In this document: piece after piece, positions 51,454-60,296 of the stretch
Layout: each line of letters begins with the position of its first letter
Position numbering within the stretch: position 1 is the first letter of the stretch
NCBI GenBank assembly: GCA_903850505.1
Contig: CAINLT010000546.1
Location: 3,849 to 67,848, forward strand
Direction: 5' to 3'
DNA length: 64,000 nucleotides
Source of the DNA: an uncultured Myxococcales bacterium
Lineage (GTDB): Bacteria; Myxococcota_A; UBA9042
Made by a program: the position numbers and the translations under genes
The notes under the pieces: model-generated
What the model was told of the DNA's origin: nothing
The model's database searches: none
The model's input: the letters and a program-made list of their open reading frames with translations, nothing else

Positions 51454-53426
51454 GGCTTCTCCGTCGTCTGCAGCACGACGGCCGCGCTGTTCGCCTGGAT
51501 CCACTCGCCTTGCGCCGCGCGCCACGCCGGCTGCTGAGCGACCGGGACCACCAGCGCGTGAATCGCCAGCTCGCGCTGCAGGATCAGCTTGTGGCCGTCC
51601 TGGCGCCACGTCACCTTGAACGCAAGGTTGCCGTCGGCATGCGTCACCGGCGGCGGCACCTGCACGACCTGCCACGTCGCCGGCAGCTCAAAAGTCACCT
51701 CCGCCCGCAGCGTGCGCCGCCGACCGAGCACGAACGGCTGTTTCCGCGTCGGCGCAATCAGCGGCAGCCAGCCGCCAAACGCCTTGACCGCGCGCAGCAA
51801 GAGGCGATGGGCGCCCGCCGCCTCCGTCAACGCCGGCAGCTTGCCGCGAATCGCAATCACCGCCGGCGCTGCCGCATCCGGATCCAGGGGCTGGAGATCC
51901 GCGTGCTCCAGCACCATCGGCGGCAGGAGAAGCCGCTCCGGCAGTTCCTTGTCGCGCTTGTCCGGCGGCAGCGCGATGAAGAGCGCGCGCAGGCCCCACG
52001 CGTTCGACCCGGTCGCCTCCAGCCGACCGTCCAGGTGCGGTTCGGGCGTCCAGCGCACGGTTGCGTGCCAATCGCTCTGGTTCACGGCCGCCAGCCGCGG
52101 CGGCACTTCCATCAAGTCGCTGCCCGTCGCGGAGATCGGCAGCAGGACCGTGCCGCTGTCGCCATCGGGCAGTTCGCCCACCGGCACATACCGCGCGGTC
52201 GGATCGACGACGACCGGCCCATCGGGCAGATCGACAACCAGAATCTCGTGGTTGCAGTTAGCCAGCGTCGGCGCGACGAATGGCCGCGCCACGCCATCGT
52301 GGGCGAAAATGATCGCCGGTCGACTCGGAATCCCAACGTGCTCCAGCAGCACCTGCAGCAGATTGGCCTTGTCCTTGCAGTCGCCGTTGCGCACGTCGTA
52401 GACCTGCGTGGCGGGATGCGGAATCCAGCCGCCCATGCCGATCTCAACCGCGCAGTAGCTCACCTCCCGTCGCACCCACGCTTCCAGGATCGCCAGTTTC
52501 TGCTGCGGCGAGGTCACGCCTTTCACCAGCGCATCCGCGTGCGCCGCCAGCGCCGGGCTCAACAGCCGCGACGGCGCCATCGACGCGTGCAGCCAGGCAG
52601 AGAGCGCTTTGTTGTCGGCGAAACTGCGCGTTTCAACGCCGTTTTCCCGCCACTTCAGCAGCCGCACGTGGATGAGCGGCACCAGCGCCCACAGCGGCGG
52701 CATGTTCGGCTCGTCCACCTGCGCGGGCACGTCCTCGCGCGTCCACGTGAGCACGCGCTCGTCGCCATCCTGCGTCGCCACGGGCTGCCACGGCAACCGC
52801 TGCTCGCCTTGCCAGACCGTGCACTCGACTTCCCAGTCCGCCGGATAGCGCACGACAAACACGTCGCGCTGTTTGGGCAACAGCCCCTGGAACGCGTGCC
52901 GGATCGGAAAGAGCTGCGGATGCAGTTCGCGCGACTCGGCGTGGTACTGCCACACGCTGCCCGGCGTCGCCGCTGCCGCATCAAGAACCCGCGCGCGGTC
53001 GGACTGAAACAGCACACTGCCGCCAAAACTCGGCAAGTCCGCGGCATCGCGCATCGGCAGCTGCGTCTTGGTGCCATCGGGCTTGACGACCTGCGCCTCC
53101 ATCGCCAGCACTTCGGAGAAGCCGGCGTTGTAGTGTTCAATGTGGCGGATCTGCTGCTGCGCGGCGGTCGTGTACAGCCGCACGTTCTGGTCATACCGCT
53201 CGTCGGCGACAGGACCGCCATCGGGACCACCGAGATGGAAGCGGACTTCCGTCCGTTCGCTCAGCACAAAGCCCGGCGCGCCGTTGGCCTCTTCCGCGCC
53301 CGGCAACGTGGAGAACTGAATCGGCTGCCACCGACTCATACACGCCGTCAGCAATAGCGCGAACGCAAGCCCGACGCGGCGCAGCGCGCGCGTGGGGAGC
53401 ACGGCATCAGGGCGAAGGCAGGACAT
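51450..53426 (-). CDS. DUF3857 / transglutaminase-like cysteine-protease fold / DUF3858-type lipoprotein
   Basis: 658 aa with lipobox LLLTAC. Transglutaminase-core-like Cys/His/Asp: RNGDCKDKANLL, NCNHEILV, VVVDPT. Confidence 0.65.
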   Translation of the reverse strand: MSCLRPDAVLPTRALRRVGLAFALLLTACMSRWQPIQFSTLPGAEEANGAPGFVLSERTEVRFHLGGPDGGPVADERYDQNVRLYTTAAQQQIRHIEHYNAGFSEVLAMEAQVVKPDGTKTQLPMRDAADLPSFGGSVLFQSDRARVLDAAAATPGSVWQYHAESRELHPQLFPIRHAFQGLLPKQRDVFVVRYPADWEVECTVWQGEQRLPWQPVATQDGDERVLTWTREDVPAQVDEPNMPPLWALVPLIHVRLLKWRENGVETRSFADNKALSAWLHASMAPSRLLSPALAAHADALVKGVTSPQQKLAILEAWVRREVSYCAVEIGMGGWIPHPATQVYDVRNGDCKDKANLLQVLLEHVGIPSRPAIIFAHDGVARPFVAPTLANCNHEILVVDLPDGPVVVDPTARYVPVGELPDGDSGTVLLPISATGSDLMEVPPRLAAVNQSDWHATVRWTPEPHLDGRLEATGSNAWGLRALFIALPPDKRDKELPERLLLPPMVLEHADLQPLDPDAAAPAVIAIRGKLPALTEAAGAHRLLLRAVKAFGGWLPLIAPTRKQPFVLGRRRTLRAEVTFELPATWQVVQVPPPVTHADGNLAFKVTWRQDGHKLILQRELAIHALVVPVAQQPAWRAAQGEWIQANSAAVVLQTTEKP

Positions 53427-53538
53427 GCGGCTCCGGGTATGCGCGAGAAGATGGAACGCCGCGGAGGATAGCGCACGGCGCGGGTTGCGGCTACGCTGGT
53501 GACGCGTTTAGGGAATCCGACGCAACAGGGAGGTCGCC

Positions 53539-54333
53539 GTGCTGCGTTGTGTCGAGAATCAACTGTGGGCAGCTGCGCTGCTCTTGTGCGCAGCGTGCGG
53601 CACGGCGACGACCGCCGCGACCGATGCGCAGGATGCGACGACCGCCGACGTCAGCTCGCCTTGCACCGACAACAACGGCGCGGCGGCGCTGGCCAGTTGC
53701 CTGACGCCAACGCAATCGGCGGCGTATTACGTCGCGCAGGGCAACAAGTACTTTGACGCGCTGGACCGCAGCGCGCCCGCTGAGAGCCAGCCGACGTACG
53801 CGGAACGCGTCGCGCGCTGGGAATGGCCGCCGTGGCTCAAGCTGACCGGCTACACGCGGACGCAGATGGAAGGGACGGACAAGCTGGTCAAGAGCCAAGC
53901 GCCCGCCATCGTCTCCCACCGCGATTGCCGCTCCTTTGCCGTCCAGCCGTTTTGCCGCTGCCGCGTTTCGTTTGACTACGACAACCAGGGCGGCGGCAAG
54001 GGCTGTCCCATCTACGAGGAATTCACCTTCAACGACGCGGGCGAGATGACCTTCATCGAAGCGTGGTCGGACCAGCCCGGCGCGCTGCCGATGGCTGACA
54101 AGGCGGACCTCTGGGGCGAAGGCGCGAGCGTCCACCGGCTGTCAGCGAAGATCCCGGGGCTCGGCACGCCGACTGGCCTAATCGACCCGGAAGGCGCGGC
54201 GATGGCGCAAGCGGCGAGCGCGGATCCGGAGATCGCGGATTTCCTCGCGCGGGCCAAGGATTTTTGGCCGGCGTGGCTGGACGAGAACAACAAAGCCGGG
54301 CCGGACTACTTCAAGATCGGCTGCGGCTGGTAA
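53539..54333 (+). CDS. hypothetical lipoprotein
   Basis: 264 aa with a GTG start and lipobox LLCAAC. I recognise no family. Confidence 0.5.
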   Translation: MLRCVENQLWAAALLLCAACGTATTAATDAQDATTADVSSPCTDNNGAAALASCLTPTQSAAYYVAQGNKYFDALDRSAPAESQPTYAERVARWEWPPWLKLTGYTRTQMEGTDKLVKSQAPAIVSHRDCRSFAVQPFCRCRVSFDYDNQGGGKGCPIYEEFTFNDAGEMTFIEAWSDQPGALPMADKADLWGEGASVHRLSAKIPGLGTPTGLIDPEGAAMAQAASADPEIADFLARAKDFWPAWLDENNKAGPDYFKIGCGW

Positions 54334-54449
54334 GGCGCGGTGCAGCCATGACCCGTCGCGTGGGACGCTTGTCGCTGGGTCGCCAAGTGCGCCCGCTGCG
54401 CGATCCGTCCGGCGACACACGGCTGGGAATTTTGCACGAGCCCTAACTC

Positions 54450-57008
54450 TCACTTCGTCTGGCACAGCAGCCGCACGTTGGCCTGCTTGCCCGCCATCGC
54501 CGCCGGGAAGGCGAAGACCACGTCAGCGATGCCGTCGTGCTGCAGGACAACCGGCACGTCCAGACCGTCAATCGCCGCGGCCGGGCAGTCAAAGCCGTTG
54601 GGCACGCGGTACGCCAAGTGGTACGCCCACGGCACGGTCGGCGAGCCAATCGCCACGGTCAGCGTCGTGCTCAGCGAATGCTGCGCCGCATCCCACACCA
54701 TCGGCCCCAAATCCGCCGCGCCTTGCGTCACGTGCCGGCTGTCGCCAATCAACTGCGGGTGGGTTTCCAGCGGCCGCAGCGCCAGCACCTGACAATCGTG
54801 CGACGCCACTTTCACCTGGAACGCGCTGGTCTGCTCGCCGAGGTACGTCTCCGACCAGAATTCGTACGCCGCGCACGGCTTGTCGTCCGGGCAGTGCACC
54901 GTATACGTCCGCGTCGTGTTGTCCGGCAAGTCCGTGGGGATCGCCGTGCTGTGGTCGCGGTTCTTGCCCCAGTTGCACAGGCCGATGTTGGTCCAGACGC
55001 CCGCGGGCGCCACGATCTTCTGCTCAAAAATCTCCGGCTCGTCCTTGAGCAGCACGTCCAGGGGCCGCGCGCCGTCGGGCCAAATCGGCGTCAGCCGCCG
55101 CACCACGTCGATCCACGCCGGGTGCTGGGCCATGTCCGTGAGCTTGTCGCCAATCTTGACGATGCTCGACATCAGGCCGATCCACGTCGCGAACGCGCGG
55201 CTTTCGATGAACGCGACGGGCTTCTTGCTGGCGTCCGGCCAGGAGCGAAAGAAGATGAGATCATCGTGGTTTTGCCAGATGCGATTTTGGTAGAACCAGC
55301 GGCGAGCACCCGCGCGAATGGTTGGCAGGAACGCCCGCGGGACGCTCAGCATGTCGTCCGGAAGGCCTTCATCCCACTCCGGGCCATTGTCCGCCGTCAG
55401 CCGCATCGCCTCGACGCGCCCGGTGTTCAAGCCCATCGCGCCGATGCCGCACACGTACGTCTCGCCGCCCGTGTCCATGCCGTCGCGCAGCGCTTTCCAC
55501 GCCTCGCGCCACGCTTCAATATGCGTCTTGCTCGGGTCGTACGTGTGCTCGCCGAGGATCGCCCAGTAGCTGAAATCGACCTTCAGCCACTGCCATCCCA
55601 GCGTGCGCAGGTCCGCGCCGAGCTGGTGCGACCACGCGTGCATCGCGGGATTGGACGTGTCCAGCGTGTGCTTGTCGCCGATGAGGAAGTCCGGCACGAC
55701 CGGCACCTTGGGCTGCAGCCAGTCCGGATGGTCCTTCATGACCTGCGAATCGAGATCGACGAGGAACGGCGAGAACCACAGGCCCGGCCGGAAGCCCGCG
55801 GCGACGATCTGCTCCGCCAGCCACTTGCCGCCATGGGGAAACGTGTCCGTCCGGAACGTCCAATCGCCGTGGCTGACCTGCCAGCCGTCATCGACCTGAA
55901 AGAAGTTGGTGCCAAACGAGCCGAACTCGCGGCGGTAAATCTCCAGCGAGTCGAGGATCAGTTGCTCGGTGATGTCGCTGCCGTGGCCGCCCGTGCCGCC
56001 GCCGCCGGACCAGGAATTCCAGCCCGCCGGCGCCGGATGGCCCGGACCGCGCTTGGTCCACGGCACCACGTGATTCTGCGTCGCCACGTCGAGCGCGTAC
56101 TGCTCCACGGACGCCAGCGGATCGGCGGGAAACGGCTCCAGCCACAGCAGCTCGGACGCCAGCGTCGCGCCCGGTTGCAGCGGCTTGCCGTCAAAAAGGT
56201 AGCGATTCTCCGCCGCGTACGTCGTGAACGGGCGCAGCCCCGTCGCATCCGGCTTGGCCGCCGGGTCCATGCCAATGCCCAGCGTGGGCATGCACAGGTC
56301 AAACGTCAGCCAGCCCGCCACGAGGCTGTGATCCAGGTGCGCCGGATCCGCGACGATGTGATTCCAGTTGCTCAAGGAAGCGCCGCGCAGGTCCAGCGGC
56401 AGGACGTCGGCCAACGTAGGCCGTTCGTCATCGCCGTGCGCCAGCATCACGGACGTGTCGAGCACGACCATCCGGCCATTCTCCAGCACGCGGATATCCT
56501 TGGGATCGCTGGCCAATTGCAGCGAAGCGCCGTCCGTCGTCAGCATGAGCAGCGGCGTCAGCTTGTCGATTGTCACGACATCGGTCCGCTCGTTCGTAAC
56601 CGTCATGGCCGCCACGAGGTGCTGGGCATCGGACGGCGTCGTCAGCTTCAGCGTCAGCAGCAGGCCATCGGCGCGACACGTCAGCGTATCGACCGCCGGC
56701 ATTGCGTGCTCACACGGACCGCGCATGGACAGCAGCTGTGCGCCTTTGGCATCGCGGTAGCTCACATCGGCCGTCGCGCCGAGGAACAGCGGCTTGCCCG
56801 ACCGGAGCACGTCAAATGTCCCGGACTCCTTGTGCAGCACGACGCTGACCGGCGACGGCGTCCCCGCGCTCACGTCCTGCGCCACGTCGACCGCCGCGCT
56901 GTCGTCCGCCGCCACATCCGCCGCCATCGCGTCATCGGTCGACTGCGTCGCTGGCGTGCTACACGCCGTGAGCGCCAAGGCCACCACGCTGATTTGCCAC
57001 ATCTTCAT
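54450..57008 (-). CDS. lipoprotein glycoside hydrolase, clan GH-D (alpha-galactosidase-like, GH27/36 type)
   Basis: 852 aa with lipobox ALTAC. TIM-barrel blocks: GWNSW, FFQVDDGWQ, LKVDFSYW, CGIGAM. Substrate unknown. Confidence 0.55.
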   Translation of the reverse strand: MKMWQISVVALALTACSTPATQSTDDAMAADVAADDSAAVDVAQDVSAGTPSPVSVVLHKESGTFDVLRSGKPLFLGATADVSYRDAKGAQLLSMRGPCEHAMPAVDTLTCRADGLLLTLKLTTPSDAQHLVAAMTVTNERTDVVTIDKLTPLLMLTTDGASLQLASDPKDIRVLENGRMVVLDTSVMLAHGDDERPTLADVLPLDLRGASLSNWNHIVADPAHLDHSLVAGWLTFDLCMPTLGIGMDPAAKPDATGLRPFTTYAAENRYLFDGKPLQPGATLASELLWLEPFPADPLASVEQYALDVATQNHVVPWTKRGPGHPAPAGWNSWSGGGGTGGHGSDITEQLILDSLEIYRREFGSFGTNFFQVDDGWQVSHGDWTFRTDTFPHGGKWLAEQIVAAGFRPGLWFSPFLVDLDSQVMKDHPDWLQPKVPVVPDFLIGDKHTLDTSNPAMHAWSHQLGADLRTLGWQWLKVDFSYWAILGEHTYDPSKTHIEAWREAWKALRDGMDTGGETYVCGIGAMGLNTGRVEAMRLTADNGPEWDEGLPDDMLSVPRAFLPTIRAGARRWFYQNRIWQNHDDLIFFRSWPDASKKPVAFIESRAFATWIGLMSSIVKIGDKLTDMAQHPAWIDVVRRLTPIWPDGARPLDVLLKDEPEIFEQKIVAPAGVWTNIGLCNWGKNRDHSTAIPTDLPDNTTRTYTVHCPDDKPCAAYEFWSETYLGEQTSAFQVKVASHDCQVLALRPLETHPQLIGDSRHVTQGAADLGPMVWDAAQHSLSTTLTVAIGSPTVPWAYHLAYRVPNGFDCPAAAIDGLDVPVVLQHDGIADVVFAFPAAMAGKQANVRLLCQTK

Positions 57009-57011
57009 GCC

Positions 57012-58274
57012 CTACTCCCCCACGCCTTTGAGCAGCACTTTCTTGGCGCCCTTGTGGTCAATGGTCCACTGATAGCCGGCCTTGGGCGTATTGGACTGCG
57101 TCGGCGGATGCGGCTGGTCGCCGCCGCGATCGACGTCGAGGTACACCGCCGGATCCGTGATGCCCGGAAGCAGCGTGTGCCAGCCCGCAGGCAGCGGCGG
57201 CGGCATCCAGTCAAACAGCCACTTCGCGTCCGCGACGGAAAGGTTCACGCAGCCGTGCGACTTCACGATGCCGAACTGGTCGTGCCAGAATGTGCCGTGC
57301 ATCGCCTGGCCTTGGTAGAAGTGCATGACCCACGGCACTTCTTCAGCGACGTAATCGGCCCAGCCCGTGCCGCGCATCGTGCTGTGGACCGTCTTGGCAA
57401 AGATGCGAAACACGCCCTGCGTGGTCGGATGCGGATCGCGACCTGCCGACACCAACGTAGCGAAAACCGGCGTGTCGCCCTCATAGGCCACCAGCGTCTG
57501 CTCAGCGAGGTCAACGCGCATCCACTTGGCGTTGCGCGGAATGCCGGCGGGGCGCTTGTGCCCGTACGCGATGCGCACGAACTGCCGCGACACCGCGCCC
57601 GCTTTCACCAGCACGCGGCCCGCGCTCTCGCCCAGCACCGGCAGGCGGTCGTAGCGATGGACGGACTGCGGCGGCGCCGACTTGTCCGGCCCCCAAAGGC
57701 GCGTCGTGCGGCGGACAAACGCCAGCGGCAGCGTCGGCTTGAGCTCCCCGGTGAAAGGCGATGGGGTGAGCATTTCCAGGTCCCGCACCTGCATGTATCC
57801 ACCGCTCGAACGCCTGAGCCAGCCCTTGGCCTGAAGCTCGGGATCCGGCACGAACGCCAGCAAGTACCTGACTTTTTCGCGTTTCTTGATCGCCGCATGA
57901 TCTTCTGGCGCGACGAAGACCGGCGCCTTGGGCCGCGACACGCGGGCGTAGACAAACGTCGCGTCCGACCCATTGACCCGCGCATCCTCGGGCCTCTCCG
58001 TCCCCGGCCGCAGCGCACCAAGCGGCACAGCGCCACCGCCGTTGATGAGCGCCCATGGGTGCTTGCCGTCGGCGTCGCGGACAATCTTCTCCACTTGCAC
58101 GAGGTCGCCGCGCCGCAGCGCGCCCGCCAGCTCCGACGGCACCTTGGGCTGGTGGCGGACGTAGACCAAGCCGGGCAGCACCCACGCCGCAAAAGGTGGC
58201 TCAGGAGTCGGGATCGCCGCGGGCGCTGCGGGCGGTGCGGCCAGAAGGAGAAGGAGGCTCAGGAGCGACGTCAT
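57012..58274 (-). CDS. L,D-transpeptidase (YkuD domain) with N-terminal SH3-like region
   Basis: 420 aa from ATG 58274. Catalytic block: MHGTFWHDQFGIVKSHGCVNLSVADAKWLF. Its stop is 3 nt before the GH gene start. Confidence 0.8.
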   Translation of the reverse strand: MTSLLSLLLLLAAPPAAPAAIPTPEPPFAAWVLPGLVYVRHQPKVPSELAGALRRGDLVQVEKIVRDADGKHPWALINGGGAVPLGALRPGTERPEDARVNGSDATFVYARVSRPKAPVFVAPEDHAAIKKREKVRYLLAFVPDPELQAKGWLRRSSGGYMQVRDLEMLTPSPFTGELKPTLPLAFVRRTTRLWGPDKSAPPQSVHRYDRLPVLGESAGRVLVKAGAVSRQFVRIAYGHKRPAGIPRNAKWMRVDLAEQTLVAYEGDTPVFATLVSAGRDPHPTTQGVFRIFAKTVHSTMRGTGWADYVAEEVPWVMHFYQGQAMHGTFWHDQFGIVKSHGCVNLSVADAKWLFDWMPPPLPAGWHTLLPGITDPAVYLDVDRGGDQPHPPTQSNTPKAGYQWTIDHKGAKKVLLKGVGE

Positions 58275-58442
58275 GCAATTCCCGGCCGGCGTGGGCTGCA
58301 CGCGAGGACACTCTACGGGGTGCGAAGGTGGACGGCAACCGTGCACGGAGATGTTGCATCGGTGTCAAATGGCGCGAGCGACTGGATCTGGACCGGCCGC
58401 GCGCTTGCCTCCACTCGCCGCTCCCGCTACAACGCCAGTCCC

Positions 58443-59747
58443 ATGCTTTTGCGCGCCCTCAGCACCTTCGCCTGCCTCTTCCTCGCCACCGGCTGCTTTG
58501 GCTACGGCGATGTCGGCGCGCCGTGCACCAAGCGCACGGACTGCCGCGGCGAGCTCGCGTGCCAGGGCAACCAATGCAGCAACCCGGAAGGCTGCCGCAC
58601 GCGGCGGGAATGCGTCGTCGACGGGCTGTGCACCGCGTGGGGCAAGAACTGCGTGGCGGAGACCGACCGCGACTGCGAATCTGCCAAGGCCTGCGCGGAA
58701 CACGGCCTGTGCAGCGCCGCGCGCCTGACGTGCAAGGCCAAGGACGACGGCGACTGCAGCAAGTCGCTGGGCTGCCGCGACAACGGCGCGTGCCGCGCGG
58801 ACATGGGGGCCTGCGCGTTTGGCGGCCACGCGACCGAAGCCAACGGCATGGTCCACTGCGGCAACCAATGCCTCGTCTACGGCCGGTGCAGCATCGACGG
58901 CGAAGGCCACTGCATCGCGGGCAAGGACGATTGCCCGCCCTCCTACGCCTGCAGCCATGAAGGCCTCTGCAGCCTGGACGAGAAAGACCACGCGTGCCAT
59001 GCGCTCGCCGACACCGATTGCGCCAACGCCGCGGTCTGCAGGGAAGGCGGCGCGTGCCGGGCGTTGAACGGCGTATGCGTCAAAACCGGCGACATCTGGT
59101 GCAGCAACCAGCCGCAATGCTTGAACGAGGGCCTGTGCACGGAGGTCAAAGGCGTCTGCCGCGCCGTCTCCGAACGCGACTGCCAGGGCACGCCGCTGTG
59201 CCATCAATTCGGCCGCTGCACGGCGATCGGCGGGCAGTGCGTCGTCGGCGATCACCTCGACTGCGAGCGCTCCGTGGACTGCCGCATCGACGGCCGGTGC
59301 GCGTCGCGGGACGGCAAGTGCGTGGTCGGCCGCGACAGCGACTGCCAGAAATCGACGCACTGCAAGACGTGGGGCTTTTGCAGCGTCATCGGCGACCGGT
59401 GCCTGGCCAAGGCCAAGGCAGACTGCGTGAACAACGACTCGTGCGCCAAGGAAGGCCGGTGCACGCCGCGCAATGGCTGGTGCGTTGTCGCCAGCAGCGC
59501 CGATTGCCGCAAATCGGAGCCCTGCGAGAAAGAGGGCGCGTGCAGCGTGCGGGAGACGGTCGTGGACAAGCTCGGTCACGCGGTCAAGAGCGTGCTGGAC
59601 CCGGACGTGCGGATGGACCTGAGCTGCGGCGCGATGAAGGACAAGGACTGCAAGAAGGCGCGCGCCTGCCTCGTGGACGACCGGTGCACCGCAGAAGGCG
59701 GCGTTTGCGTGGAAACGGCAAAGCGAGACCCGTCAGCGGGATTTTGA
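58443..59747 (+). CDS. lipoprotein built from about 12-13 tandem ~27-residue four-cysteine repeats
   Basis: 434 aa from ATG 58443 and lipobox LATGC. Repeat unit: DC-x5-C-x5-C-x5/6-C-x6, for example DCESAKACAEHGLCSAARLTCKAKDDG, DCERSVDCRIDGRCASRDGKCVVGRDS and DCQKSTHCKTWGFCSVIGDRCLAKAKA. Confidence 0.7.
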   Translation: MLLRALSTFACLFLATGCFGYGDVGAPCTKRTDCRGELACQGNQCSNPEGCRTRRECVVDGLCTAWGKNCVAETDRDCESAKACAEHGLCSAARLTCKAKDDGDCSKSLGCRDNGACRADMGACAFGGHATEANGMVHCGNQCLVYGRCSIDGEGHCIAGKDDCPPSYACSHEGLCSLDEKDHACHALADTDCANAAVCREGGACRALNGVCVKTGDIWCSNQPQCLNEGLCTEVKGVCRAVSERDCQGTPLCHQFGRCTAIGGQCVVGDHLDCERSVDCRIDGRCASRDGKCVVGRDSDCQKSTHCKTWGFCSVIGDRCLAKAKADCVNNDSCAKEGRCTPRNGWCVVASSADCRKSEPCEKEGACSVRETVVDKLGHAVKSVLDPDVRMDLSCGAMKDKDCKKARACLVDDRCTAEGGVCVETAKRDPSAGF

Positions 59748-59757
59748 GGAGGCGAAC

Positions 59758-60192
59758 ATGAAGACAACGGACGCGAGCACGGGCCCGTCGGCATCGGAGC
59801 TCATTGCCAAACGCATCGCGGAACTCGGTGACTGGCGCGGGGAGACGCTCAGCCGGATGCGCAACCTGATCCTGGAAGTGGACCCGGACGTCGTCGAGGA
59901 ATGGAAGTGGATGGGCACGCCGGTTTGGTCCCACGACGGGATCATCTGCACGGGCGAATCCTACAAGTCTGTCGTGAAGCTCACCTTCGCCAAGGGCGCG
60001 GCGCTGGACGACCCGGACCGGCTCTTCAACTCGAGTCTTGAGGGCAACGTGCGCCGCGCGATCGACATCCGCGCAGGCGAGACCATCGACGCGTCGGCGT
60101 TCAAGACGCTCGTCCTCCAAGCGATCGCGCTCAACAGTCTGGCCAAGACGAAGCGGTCCAAGAAAACGAAGTCCACCGACGGATCCGTGTGA
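59758..60192 (+). CDS. DUF1801 (YdhG-like) domain protein
   Basis: 144 aa: LGDWRGETLSRMRNLILEVDPDVVEEWKWMGTPVWSHDGIICTGESYKSVVKLTFAKGA. Confidence 0.65.
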   Translation: MKTTDASTGPSASELIAKRIAELGDWRGETLSRMRNLILEVDPDVVEEWKWMGTPVWSHDGIICTGESYKSVVKLTFAKGAALDDPDRLFNSSLEGNVRRAIDIRAGETIDASAFKTLVLQAIALNSLAKTKRSKKTKSTDGSV

Positions 60193-60296
60193 AGTCGTCA
60201 AAACGACGCGGATTCCCGGGCTTGACGACGGCGCTGGAAGCGGCACACTGGCGCGCACGCGGCGGGGCAGATGCGCACGCGTGAAGTGAGATTGCC

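Noticed and set aside
54537-59747. The 1736-aa plus-strand ORF, and similar very long ORFs in the track: 12755..15562 +, 37051..38862 + (N-terminal part), 24015..26189 -, 42451..44331 -, 45521..47527 +, 49678..51537 +, 51411..53357 +, 159..1631 +, 38899..40512 -, 39849..42443 -.
   Set aside because: - They are Arg/Ala/Pro/Gly-rich and low in complexity, with no recognisable motifs.
- They lie exactly antisense or out of frame to genes with clear family signatures.
- In very GC-rich DNA, stop codons are rare in non-coding frames.
- Only the 3' segment 58443..59747 of the 1736-aa ORF is a real gene. Likewise only 38122..38862 of 37051..38862 is real.
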